A stretch of DNA of 64,000 bases from Macrostomum lignano (taxonomy: Eukaryota): contig NIVC01000622.1 in assembly GCA_002269645.1 (NCBI GenBank), positions 62,001 through 126,000 on the forward strand, in the 5' to 3' direction. How positions within the stretch are numbered: the first letter of the stretch is position 1; each line of letters opens with the position of its first letter. Made by a program: the position numbers and the translations under genes. Positions 11,530 to 23,425 of this stretch are shown here, piece by piece. The notes below the pieces were generated by a model that saw only the letters and a list, made by a program, of their open reading frames with translations, did no database searches and had not been told where the DNA came from.

Positions 11530-13395
11530 ACTGCTTGCTCGTCTTTGCGCACAGTTGTATACCATTGGACTGAGAACCTGAGTTCTGTTCTGAAAGTTCT
11601 GTCTGAGAGCAGTGCAATAAATTTTTTGACTATTTTGTTTTGCGCCCATCCACGTGAGCGCTCGTGTTGTACTCGTAACGTTGGTCAATAAGTAAGCTCT
11701 AAAAATTTACAAGGTAGAGCAGATTGCCTAGTCAGGCAAGACACCGCGCACTTGTGACGATAAAGTTGAAAAAGTGAAGCCAACGACCGGCCCGAGAGAA
11801 AGATGGCATGCCCCCCCCCCCAAAAGGGCCATCAATTTTATGGTATTCGAAGCAATCGTATAATTCAAGTGCGACAGGGTGAGGGGCGAGGTGACTTCCC
11901 AGGGCAGACTGGGAGGGTTGGGGCGAGCGACAGAGAGAGACACAATAGCACAGCACTAGTACAGCGAGCCATTTATGAAAGTGACATTATTCAAAGATTG
12001 CAGTAGGTATACACTTGCTGTATTCATGACTAGGGTAATGTTACTGTACCTGTCTCGATCGAACCGAAGCCCATTCTCTTTACTGAGTTCAAATAGACAA
12101 AATGCAGATAGCTCAAACAAAGCTGAAGTTCAGGGTATATTTTTCTCACAAAGCATACACAACAACACAACACAACAACAGTCAGTAGTGTCTCCCTCCA
12201 CGCAAGTTGACATGATTCGCGCACTCAAGACTGCTTAAAAAGTCTGTGGAAACTTCAAAATTGCTAATAAATTGAATATAATGTTGCAATTTACTTTGCA
12301 ATTTACAGCAAGTTGGGTAACTCGTGGCTTGAATTATGATGGGAAGTTTATGATTTGGATTTGAAATACTGTCTGACACGCTTTTGGATTTGCCAGCGGG
12401 CGACTATAAGGCCGCAGTATATACGCGGATTTTCAGTACATGTAGGGCTGGCGCCCCTGGTGCTGGCGCCCCTATGGTGCTAAAGCCCCTGGTGCTAAAG
12501 CCCCTGGTGCTAAAGCCCCTGGTGCTAAAGCCCCTGGTGCTAAAGCCCCTGGTGCTAAAGCCCGTGATGCTAAAGCCCCTGGTGCTAAAGCCCCTGGTGC
12601 TAAAGCCCGTGATGCTAAAGCCCCTGGTGCTAAAGCCCCTGGTGCTAAAGCCCCGCCCCAAAAGACATTGCTTAACTTTTGTGCCGCATTAGGGGGAAGT
12701 TAGCTGTTGCTGAGTGAATGCATATTCGCTATGAATGCCTGGAAAAGAATACTTTTAGGCTTGGATTTGCTGCTTGAACTTTTGACCGAGCAGTGGCCTC
12801 ACTGGGGACCATAAAAGCACCGTTTTTAAATTTTATCATTGCGTGCACTAAGATGGCGCGACTCAATTTATTGTCACTGTTTACTCGTGTTTGCGCAGTT
12901 GTACTATATGGGACTGAGCCTGAGAACTTACGAAAGTTCTGTCTGAGACCCGCGCAATGTGTTGTTTACTCGTTCTTTGCGTCCACCCACAGGAGCGCTC
13001 GCTTTGCAACTTGAGTCAGTAAGTAAAATACTGTAAAAGTTGCACAGTAGAGCAGCTTACCAAGTCAGACAATTACACCGCGCACTTGCTACGGTACACT
13101 GTAGAGTTCAGAATTCGTATCAAACGACCGGCCGAGGAAAGGAAGGCATGCTCACTAGGCATCAATTTTACTATACTCACAGGTTTAGCTACGCGCAGCA
13201 TTTAATGCAAATGTACGGCGGGGTTAGTTGCGAGATGGCGTGATTGATGTACGTGCGTTAGAGAGAACTGGTTAGTTTGGGACAGACTGTGATTTATGAC
13301 AGTCCAAAACCGTGGCTCATTCTTCTCTTTACAGAGTTCAAATGAACAAAACGGTAGCAAAAAAGCTGAAGTTCTCTTTTTCTCACAGTATAATA
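11530..13395. repeat. Two diverged copies of a ~550-630 bp non-coding unit (~11530-12160 and ~12880-13395)
   Basis: Collinear shared blocks such as GAAAGTTCTGTCTGAGA, GAGCGCTCG, ACACCGCGCACTTG, AACGACCGGCC and TTCTCTTTAC.GAGTTCAAAT...AAAGCTGAAGTTC. Confidence 0.75.
12447..12656. repeat. 15 bp minisatellite GTGCTAAAGCCCCTG
   Basis: Direct reading; explains the PLVLK and STRGF repeat ORFs. Confidence 0.95.
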
Positions 13396-13734
13396 GGAGT
13401 CCGGTGGGGGGGGGGAGATCCACTCATCCAGCCGTTGTTCATTTTTGTCGTCGGCTTTATGTCGGCTTTCTACGAACAAGATATTTTCTGTCGTAAGTTT
13501 TGCCTTTTCAACTGTATTATTCGAAAATTTGAATGGCTCGTAATATTGTGTTGCTGAGTACATGATTCTTGTACTTGAAGGACGACCCTAGGCTAAGTAA
13601 GCTACAATAGTTCATGAGTAAGTTAATCTACACAGCAGGTTAATCTGTCTTCTAATTTACTATAAGATAGAATTCTTACACCTAAACCTAAACGTATTGC
13701 GAAAGTTGAATAAATTGGAGTAATACAGTCTAGT

Positions 13735-13975
13735 GCTGCTAAAGCCCCTGTTGCTAAGGGCCTGTTTCTGGTGCCCCTATTGCTGGTGCCCCTGCTGCTG
13801 GTGCTCCTGTTGCTGGTGCCCCTGTTGCTAAGGCCGTGTTTCTAGTGCCCCTGTTGCTGGTGCCCCTGTTTCTGGCGGCCCTGGTGCTGGGGCCCCTTGG
13901 TGCTAAAGCCCCTGTTGCTGAAGCTCCTCTCTGCTGCCAAAGCCCCTGTTGCTGAAGCTCCTCTCTATTGTTAAA
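13735..13975. repeat. Degenerate 15 bp minisatellite (TGCCCCTGTTGCTGG / AAAGCCCCTGTTGCT), related to the 12447 array
   Basis: Direct reading. Confidence 0.85.
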
Positions 13976-14744
13976 GCCAGGGATCACCAGGGATCACCAG
14001 GGATCCTCTTGATGACAGTAGCGTTGAAGTATCTTTGATGGAAGCTTTCGTTTCCTGGAACCTGCGACCCTTTGGCTAGCGTATAATCGAGGTGAAAAAT
14101 TTCAGATGTTTGATGCAATTGTATAAGTTAGCCAAAATAGAGCCCGATCAGAGCTGGAAGACTGCCTTTTCTGTACAGTATGGGTATCCAAAAAATAATT
14201 ATTTAGTACCGGGGCTTACTACCGAATCGCCCAGACTCCATCATCTTGAAACCAGTCGGAGACCCAGTTTACAGTGAGGTTGGCATTACAGCTAAAATAT
14301 AAGATCTACGATCATGATGTATCAGATAAAGGTTTAAATGAAAAAACTAAGAGAAGGAAGTACTTTACCTAATGATTCAAGAAGACCGTATTTTTACATG
14401 ATAAAATAGGCTCAGAAAACAAATGAGTGGAGCCGCGCCATTTTAATGGTTTTTAGGCATAGGACATGTACAATTCTACGTAGGATATAAAATTTACATA
14501 GAATCCTAATTTTATAAACGAAAAGCTCTCTCCAAATTACGAGTACTACGAGCTATATGCCAGTTTGCAAAGATTAGACCGTTTTATTTCAAGTTCTCAT
14601 ATGCCCAGTAAATATTACTTTGCAAAGATTACTTTGCAGTAGCAGAGTCAATATTCAACATTATAAATAGCAAATTCACACACCAAATTGCAGGTCCTGT
14701 AAAGCGCGTCAGTCATTTCACAATAAATTTCGACTTTAAGAATA

Positions 14745-17700
14745 ATGGCCAACTCTGGCATTAAGGCTGGCGCCACTGAGACACAGGAAGACAAGCTGCA
14801 GGGCTTGCGTGAGGATGTAGAAACTCTGCTCCACGTCATCGTGGAAGATCTTCCCGAGAAGTATCGTCAGGATCGACAAGAAAATAAGATCACCCATGAG
14901 ACAGAAAAAAATCTGGTTGAATTAATCAATGCTCAAGATTCACGCATCAAGGCTAAGCTTTCCTCGCAACCAAAACATAACAAGCTTTGGAAGAAAAAAT
15001 TCGACGAATTCTCCGAGCTCTCCATAATCAACGTGGCTATCGCTATCGACAAAGTGAACATTCTGCTTGAGCTGGTTCTCTCCAGACGGCACGACCTGCT
15101 GCCCGCTTGCATCACTTTGCTTATAAAATTGAGACCGAAAATTGCCTCAAAGAAAGGGAATGAAAAGAAACTGAAAGAGCTATGCGCTGATGTTTCGAAC
15201 TTGGCTATGAAATGTCTTGACGAGCTCTACTCCAGAGCAGAAGAAGATAACCAGAAGCAGCTGCTCTTTGGCTACATTAAAGGATCGTTTCCAGACAGTG
15301 CTCACGACACCAAAGGCCCAAAGTTCCCATGCCAACTAGGCGCAAACGCACTGAAATATTTTACTTTGTTGGAGATGATAGACATGTGTGGAGAGGGAGA
15401 TCTGTACGCCACCGAGTGCTTGCACAGGTTGATCAATGAAGAATGGGACCCGCCTAAAAAGAAAAGTCCCAAGGAATCTAACGAAACTGAAGGCAGCAAC
15501 GTTCAATCACGTGAAGAAAGTTGCTTCCTAAATCGACGCGTAAAGCCGAAAATTAAATTTTACATCCATCTTTTCTCTTTCATCACCTTCAACATCTTCT
15601 TCGCCTGGTACATTATGGACTTTCCGAGAACGTTTCGATACTGGCCAGTAGAAATCATTCTGGCAGCCTATTTCCTGTCCTTTACTTTGCAAGAAGTTCT
15701 GGAAATCTGCAAAAGAAGCAGAATCGATAGTCTTTACTTGTGCAACTTTAAAGTAAAGTGCCCCGTGTACTTCAAGGATGTGCTCAACCTACTCGACTGT
15801 TTCGCCTTGATATTGATGTGGGCCGGGCTGCTGCTGAAGCTTGCCATCTGGGGCTGCGTCACAGGCGGAAACCGATCCTCGCTATGCAGCGAGACCAACT
15901 CAACGGCCTACCAGGCACTCTTCCGCGGTGCGTCAGCTGATCGAACATGGACCCAGCCGACTCCGTACAGCGCTTACGCCTGCCAGATGGTGCTGAGCAC
16001 CGCGTTCTTGCTCTGGGGGTTTCGATCTGTCGCCTTCCTCAGCTACTCGGAGCGAATCGGTCCGGTGGTGTCCATGCTCAGGACTTTGATCATCCAGGAC
16101 TTGATTCCTTTCTCTGTCATTATTGTGATCATATTTTATTCGTTCGGAGTTTTCTTCTTCAACCTGCTGTATCCGGTTGTCACCTCGACCGAAGCTGACA
16201 GAAGCGCGTCTGACTACAGCTGGCATGCCTTTCTGCAGGTGTTCATGCTGCCGCTAAACTTGCTCTTCACCAACTTTGACGTTCTTCCCACTGAGACGGC
16301 TAAAGATAAGGATCAGGTACTCGGAGAAGTGGCGCACCACCTTGGTTACAAGTGGTTCAGCAGAGTTATGATGTTCGTCTTCCTGCTGCTCTCGAATATC
16401 GTGATGATCAACTTGCTGATCGCCCGGTTCAGCCTGACTGTCAGCCGGATGGACAGCAAGTCGGTGGAAATCTGGAGAAAAAGAAACGTTGAACTGCTTC
16501 GCGAATACCAGAGCTGCAGTCCCGTGCCCGCGCCGCTCTCCTTTATTCACTACATCTACAAGATCTTCCAGTGGTGCCAGAAGCGGCGGAATAATGCCGT
16601 ACACCCTGAAAATACCCAAGAAGGCCTAATCGAGGTAAATTTATTCTTTTTTCGCCACTAAAACATTTTTTGCATAATTTTTCTTGCAATTTATGAAATA
16701 TTGAGTCGTAAATACTGGTAGATATATATTGCAATACTGATAAATACATAAAACTTTGTTGTTTGACGTTAGATCCTTCTGCCGCAGACACCGCAGACAC
16801 TTGCGTCATATATTATACTGTGTGCACATGGGTAGCGGCAAAGCGTCCGAGTCTCTTTGGCGCAAAATATCAAGGGTTGAATTCCTCGACAAAAGCTATG
16901 AATACTGACCAGGCGCTTGGGCTGCTTTTCATTATTATCGGAAAAATAGCAGGTGGGTTTTTACTCGAAGCGCAACGCCTTTGGTGGTGCCGTCCCGCGA
17001 CCACCGGTGCAGAGGCAGTTCTGCCCACTCTGCTGAATCCTGCAGAGCACATACAAGCGCACCAATATTGTACGCAAGCACGCACTCAAATACACACTCA
17101 CACAGGGTGTACAGCGACCCGGAATTTCTAATTGCCAGACGTGCACACTCTCTGCCCCCCCTCACTAGGAAAGTGTGCTTAGATACGTTTTAATGGTTAG
17201 GTATCATGCAAGCATTCTGGCATCTACTTTGTGGCCAACTGTCGTCGGCGCGAGGTTTTGATTTTTGTTGTTGTTGTTGTTGTTGTTGGTGTTGTTGTTG
17301 CTGTTGTTGTTGTTGCTGTTGTTGTTGTTGTTGTTGTTGTTGTTTTTGTTGCTGCCGCTGCTGTTGTTGTTGTTGTTGTTGTTGTTGTTGCTGCTGCTGT
17401 TGCTGTTGTTGTTGTTGTTGTTGTTGATGCCGGCCCCGCTGGGTCACCTGGTCAATGGGCCTACGGGAACGGTCTGACTGCAACATGGCACAGCCAGCCG
17501 TCAATGCCCCGCTCACCATAGGACAGGGGCCTTGCACCACCGCGTCGCCGCGTGAGTGTGCAGAGGGCATGTCGGTGAGCCTGCCACCAGGTCCACCAGG
17601 GTCAACCCCAGCAGAGGGGCCGGAATTCCAGCTTTCGTGTCCGTGGCCAACGGACCTTCCACCCCACGCCTGACAGTCCAGCACTGGCGGCCAGCCCCGA

Positions 17701-17823
17701 TGGGGTCTAGCCAGTGTCTGGAGCTGCTCGGAGGCCTGCTGGATGTGAGGCTGCTGTTGCTGTTGTTGTTGTTGTTGTTTTTGTTGTTGTTGTTGTTGTT
17801 GTTGTTTTTGTTGCTGCCGCTGC

Positions 17824-17876
<53 letters not shown>

Positions 17877-18312
17877 TTTTTGTTGTTGTTTTTGTTGTTG
17901 TTGTTGTTGTTGCTGCTGTTCTTGTTGTAAGATCTTTCATGACCGATTCAAATGTACGCTCGTACTTCTATAATGAATTCAAACAGAAATTTCAAGTAAG
18001 TTTATGTTCATACTTACAACTGTCGCCCAGGAAACATGGTCAAAGAAACCGAAGGACTTGGAAAGTTACGAAAAATACTTGGAATTCCAAACCAAGCACT
18101 TGCAGCACATTCTGTCGCAACAGCAAAGCCGTAAATTCATGCACGAAGGGATCGACGAGGATGTCAAGAGATACTTAAATCATCTGGTAAAATCCGCCAC
18201 TCGCGACATGCTCAGCGACATGCTCAAAGTGCTGCAGAGCTCAGTCGGTACTGATGATCCTGCTGGGCATATAAAGATTTCAGGTGCAAATCAGACGACA
18301 TCATCTACTTGA
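14745..18312 (+). CDS. Second TRPM-like channel paralog with no ankyrin repeats seen (~720 aa)
   Basis: Exon 14745-16634 (in-frame TAA just upstream; ends GAG|GTAAAT) encodes the MHR4-like region, S1-S6 and TRP domain. Phase-0 exon 18031-18312 (CCCAG|GAA ACA TGG; ETWSKKPKDLESYEKYLEFQ...) aligns with the last exon of the first paralog (DAWNNESDYPDNYIEFLLFQ...). Confidence 0.85.
17040..17165 (+). repeat. Dispersed repeat; related copies at ~44025-44140, and more weakly ~40740-40810 and ~32290-32340 (reverse)
   Basis: Shared GC.CCAATA.TGTACGCA.GCACGCACTCA...CTCACAC.GGGTGTACAGCG...TTTCTAAT...GT.CACACTCTCT between 17060-17150 and 44035-44130. Confidence 0.7.
17263..17928. repeat. Two interrupted (TTG)n arrays (17263-17426, 17751-17928) flanking a GC-rich unique segment, in the last intron of TRP paralog 2
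   Basis: Direct reading; both arrays carry the interruption TTTTTGTTGCTGCCGCTGCTGTTG. Confidence 0.95.
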
Positions 18313-20176
18313 AAGAATAGCTCTGATAGTAGGACATTGAGTCGGTTTAAAATATCTTTTTATATCATTCCTTTTTTGCGGACACCAGTTATAACCATGC
18401 TCTTATTCTGACATTTTCTTCAATATATTTATCTCCTGCGTTTAAAAAAGTCCTAATAATTGAATAAAGTGGCATGCCAACGTAGACTTAAAACAGTTGG
18501 AGCTCAGGTAACTTCATGTTAGACATGTTAGACTAGGTTTGGAACGTCATTGCTTAGACTGAGAGCGGCAACAGACAAAACGAAAAATTCTGAGCCGTCC
18601 TAACATTCTCTCGATTTGTGTGGAATTGTGGCAGATATTGTGTGATCCAGAGAGATTGTGTGTGACCCTGATCCTATCCTGAGAGTAATCCCCTAAGAGT
18701 CCAAGGTAAGTGACCTGGATGATGAGATGTTTCATACTACGAGTAAATTCATGAGCCTCTTCACGGCATCGATTCTCGAACCAGAATCGGTTCGGATTTC
18801 CAAGAAAAAAAGCAGTATAACTATTTAACTTTGTTGAATGTTTGACTGCCTTAACAGCCTCACTTTGCACGATTTCTCACTTTCTTCTTGGCTTTTGCCA
18901 TTCATTAATCACAATTTTAAAGCACTGATATCCCTCTAGTTTAGGAGGCAAAAAGTTATACTTTACAAATTGCTTCTGGTTCTAGAACCAGAACAAGCAA
19001 TATGAAGAGCCTCCATATCAACTGCTCCGACAAGTTATCGGGACGAAAATATTTTTTCTAAAATTTTTTACTTAATTTGACAATTTTTTTATTAAAGGAA
19101 ATTTTATCACTTTGAACTGTAACGCGAATCAACGTGCGAGTTTATATATTTTTTATTTTCTATGTAACTGTTCAAGCCGTTACATGTGCATATTAAGCAC
19201 AAAATATTGCGTTATATTTAGTTTTGTCACATTGACCTGCTAGCTTCTAAGAAAAACTGTCTTCTAACAAATCTCGGAATCACATGTACTGAATAATTAG
19301 CTACTACGTTGAACTTTTTAAATTCATCAAAGTGTCTTATCAATCTATCGTGTTGTTGCGGTGTAGATACATTTTGTTTACTAGATATATAGTAGCTAGT
19401 GTACTAAGTAGTTTTATTGTGAATTTTTCGATAACTTTATTAGATTTTTTAGAATTTTTTATTTTTAGAAGTTTCAGAATTTTTAGATTTTGGATTTTAA
19501 GTTTTTTTCTGCCTTAAAAGAAATCTTTATTTCTTTTGAATTGAATAAACAATGTCACAAGTTATATTGTTATAGCGTACTCATTAGTTGTTAATTACTC
19601 ATAATATTATAGTAGTTTGAGTATCCTATTTTTAATCAATTACAAAATTATCATATTTTTATCACGATTTGTTTAATTTTTTTTTCATTTTTTGTTATCG
19701 CTACTTTGTTTAAACTAATACAGTCCAATAATTGTAGGCAACATTGATGTCTTATATAAAGCGCACACCTGAAAATAATTATAGACGCAACTTTTTCCAC
19801 CTTGCTGAACTCGTCTTTTAACTCCTGCGAACTTTTTCGTGCACATCTCTAAAGAGCGAAGTCTACTTTTTTGTTAATATCCAAGAAGCGTGGAGCAGAG
19901 TAGAGGCGTGAAAGCCTAATAAGAAGTTCAGTGCGTGAAGCGGGAGAAATAGACGTGAATTCTTGGCGATGAAGATTTGTGAAGACTCGGGGTAGTAAAT
20001 ATCAGGCCGTGAAGGCTAACAGGTAAGATTAGGACATAAGGAAAATCTGTAGACAAAGCCCATGTACTTTAGGAAAAATTAAAAATATTACAAAAGAAGC
20101 CGTGAACGTTTAGTAGTATATGGCCCACCACAGGACACCACTGCAGAATTTAATTCAGTAATCACGCTAGCGGATG

Positions 20177-21128
20177 GGGAACCGGAAGCTGAATAGGGAT
20201 AGGTGAACCTGAAGCTGAATAGGGATAGGTGAACCGGAAGCTGAATAGGGATAGGTGAACCGGAAGCTGAATAGGGATAGGTGAACCTGAAGCTGAATAG
20301 GGATAGGTGAACCGGAAGCTGGATAGGGATAGGTGAACCGGAAGCTGAATAGGGATAGGTGAACCGGAAGCTGAATAGGGATAGGTGAACCGGAAGCTGA
20401 ATAGGGATAGGTGAACCGGAAGCTGAATAGGGATAGGTGAACCGGAAGCTGAATAGGGATAGGTGAACCGGAAGCTGAATAGGGATAGGTGAACCGGAAG
20501 CTGAATAGGGATAGGTGAACCGGAAGCTGAATAGGGATAGGTGAACCGGAAGCTGGATAGGGATAGGTGAACCGGAAGCTGAATAGGGATAGGTGAACCG
20601 GAAGCTGAATAGGGATAGGTGAACCGGAAGCTGAATAGGGATAGGTGAACCGGAAGCTGAATAGGGATAGGTGAACCGGAAGCTGAATAGGGATAGGTGA
20701 ACCGGAAGCTGAATAGGGATAGGTGAACCGGAAGCTGAATAGGGATAGGTGAACCGGAAGCTGAATAGGGATAGGTGAACCGGAAGCTGAATAGGGATAG
20801 GTGAACCGGAAGCTGAATAGGGATAGGTGAACCGGAAGCTGAATAGGGATAGGTGAACCGGAAGCTGAATAGGGATAGGTGAACCGGAAGCTGGATAGGG
20901 ATAGGTGAACCGGAAGCTGGATAGGGATAGGTGAACCGGAAGCTGAATAGGGATAGGTGAACCGGAAGCTGGATAGGGATAGGTGAACCGGAAGCTGAAT
21001 AGGGATAGGTGAACCGGAAGCTGAATAGGGATAGGTGAACCGGAAGCTGAATAGGGATAGGTGAACCGGAAGCTGGATAGGGATGGGTGAACCGGAAGCT
21101 GGATAGAGATAGGTGAACCGGAAGCTGG
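20177..21128. repeat. 26 bp minisatellite GTGAACCGGAAGCTGAATAGGGATAG, ~36 copies
   Basis: Direct reading; the 26-aa periodicity of the minus-strand ORFs equals three units. Confidence 0.95.
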
Positions 21129-21214
21129 GACAAATGAATGGCATGAAAATCAAATGGAACTGGAACTGGAACTGGATGTCATAAAATAAAAAAAACTGTC
21201 TTGAATTTTTTAAC

Positions 21215-21287
21215 CACCCCAGGAGGGACTCGAACCCTCAACCTCCGGATTAGAAGTCCGACGCGCTATCCATTGCGCCACTGGGGC
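21215..21287 (-). tRNA. trnR-TCT: tRNA-Arg(TCT), intronless
   Basis: Minus strand GCCCCAGTGGCGCAATGGATAGCGCGTCGGACTTCTAATCCGGAGGTTGAGGGTTCGAGTCCCTCCTGGGGTG folds to a 73 nt cloverleaf with loop CTTCTAA, A and B boxes, and a T-run ~20 nt downstream. Confidence 0.96.
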
Positions 21288-22269
21288 TCTGCAGATCTAA
21301 CGGTTTCTTTTCAAACATATTGTTTTCAACTCTTTCTACACGGTGAAAAAAGAGTTTGTAGGGATTTCTCCCCCCCCAGGGAGTAAACTGAGCTAAGATC
21401 TGGAATCGATTTTCCAAATTTTTCTACGCTCAAAGGCGTCTTGAGCCTCACTCTTGGCTGAACTTGCGCAGTGGGGTGGCTTATTACTAAACCTATTTAT
21501 GGCCAATTCTAAAGCAGATCAGGATGCTAAACTCTGGAACCCGTGGGTTTTCGCTACAAAAATGCTTACGTTGTTAAATTTCAAATGAAGCAATTAGCAT
21601 GCGTTTTTGTACGCGGTGCACTCAGAGGTTTATCAAGCCATATATTCATAAAATGTTACTGTGGAGACCTTCAAACACGCAAAGTTTCAGCAAAAAATCA
21701 GTCCTTTTTTGCTTCTTTTTCTCAATCGATTATATCTCTGGCCAAACCCCATTAAAATCAATAGAAGCATACTTGCAGGGAAGCGGTTTAACAGCTAGTT
21801 AGATCTATCATGTCCCCTGCTGGATTCATCTGCAAAAGTCTAATTGCCGTTTACGGTCGTAGAAACCATTATTACAATTGATTGCTCAATGGGAGTCGAC
21901 TAGGCATTGAATTCCAAGCTTCCATCGGGACCGCGCAACCAACGCTCGGAGGCCGGAGATCGCGCCATAATTAAATGCGGCCCGGGCAGTTTTTCGAAGC
22001 AATTTTCTTTTAAAACAAATTTTCTAACCCTGTGTCTGTCGTTCTCTTTCGAAAAAAATAATTGTTGGCTACCAACTGCTCACTGGTGATAGCTGCAGCC
22101 GAGCCACTTCCGACAGAAACACACGAAAATGAAATGATACACGTAGCTGCACTGCTGTTGCGGCCCCAGCAATGGGAAGGTCTATGGGAACCCAGCGATA
22201 GTCCCTCGTGGGAGAGACGATCGGCTCTCGTGAGCCAATGGCGGCTGAGATACGGGATGCAAATTTTGT

Positions 22270-22276
22270 TATAAAT
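22270..22276 (+). promoter_or_regulatory. Candidate TATA box of EF-hand gene A
   Basis: TATAAAT ~100 nt upstream of ATG 22377. Confidence 0.4.
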
Positions 22277-22376
22277 TGATAAATGGAGCTTTTAAACGGG
22301 ACAGAGCGTGACCACTGGGCACGAGCCGAAAATTCTAGCAGATTATTTTCGAAGTCCTTCTCATCAGACAGAAACA

Positions 22377-22969
22377 ATGGCCGATCAGCAGGAACTCATG
22401 GACATCTTCGACCAGATGGACCGAGATGGAGACCGGATTCTGACTAAAGCGGAGATATCCAGCTTTTTACTGAGTCGCAACTTCAACAAGAAGTTTATTG
22501 AGGTTTGTAAAAAATTTATATTTTACTCAAAATTTTGTCAACAATTAAATATGTTAAACATTAACTTCTGCAGGAGTTCTTAGCAACTTTTGACAGTGAC
22601 AGCGATGGACGAGTTACGGAGGCCGAGTACCGGCAAAAGCTGGGCCTGATGCCAAGTGGCGAGAAGAAGTGAGTTCTTTTCGGCTGAATGTCTCATTGGT
22701 TTCAATGTTCTTTATACTCTTCACACTCAATTTGAACTGTAATGTCCTCCTCCAGCTACTCAAAGTGGTACCAGATCTTCCAAAAGTTCGACAAGGATGG
22801 CTCCGGCTTTATAGACGAGCACGAGCTGCCGCAGCTCATGGTGGAGATCGGCAGCAAGACCACGTACAGTCCGGAGCAGTTCCGCAGGTGGATCGCCGAG
22901 CACGACGCCAACAAGGATGGCAAGATCAGCTACCCGGAGTTCCTCAACTGGGTGCGCGGAGCTAAGTGA
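22377..22969 (+). CDS. Calmodulin-like 4-EF-hand Ca2+-binding protein A (144 aa)
   Basis: Exons 22377-22502, 22574-22668, 22756-22969 with GT-AG introns (phase 0, 2). Loops DRDGDRILTKAE, DSDSDGRVTEAE, DKDGSGFIDEHE, DANKDGKISYPE. Confidence 0.93.
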
Positions 22970-23352
22970 TGATGCAGCGTACTGGAGCCAAGTATTTTTT
23001 TAGTTTTCGATACGGCTACTCTTGAAACTGCACCCCCATTCGCATCTCTGTTTGCTTCTTTCTTACTCGGAATTAAACTGCAAAATCCACAGTTTTAATT
23101 CTGTTTTATTTTAGCTTTTCTCCAGCATGCGCTACTCCATAACTCTGTTATACTGGATCAGGACTATTTGATAGACAATTAGGTTCCATATTATTTGCGC
23201 CATGTTTATAAATTTGTTATGATAAATAAAACTTATTAGCTGAGTGCGAGTTGCGCCCCCGCATAGACATATGCGGAATTCGAAAAAAACGTTATTTTTG
23301 TTTTACAAGATAGATGCCTAAAAAGTTATCTCGAATCAAAAAGTTTTCAGAA

Positions 23353-23425
23353 CACCCCAGGAGGGACTCGAACCCTCAACCTCCGGATTAGAAGTCCGAC
23401 GCGCTATCCATTGCGCCACTGGGGC
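23353..23425 (-). tRNA. trnR-TCT: tRNA-Arg(TCT), identical to the 21215-21287 copy
   Basis: Same 73 nt sequence with different flanks; T-run terminator ~12 nt downstream. Confidence 0.96.

Noticed and set aside
12384-12692. PLVLK / STRGF repeat proteins
   Set aside because: Translations of the 15 bp minisatellite.
16790-16905. Peptide KASESLWRKISRVEFLDKSY resembling the TRP domain
   Set aside because: Short, weak similarity with no fitting splice sites; probably chance.
17190-17940. Poly-Q/L/V/C/T ORFs
   Set aside because: Translations of (TTG)n arrays inside an intron.
20162-21153. 320 aa minus-strand ORFs
   Set aside because: Products of the 26 bp array.
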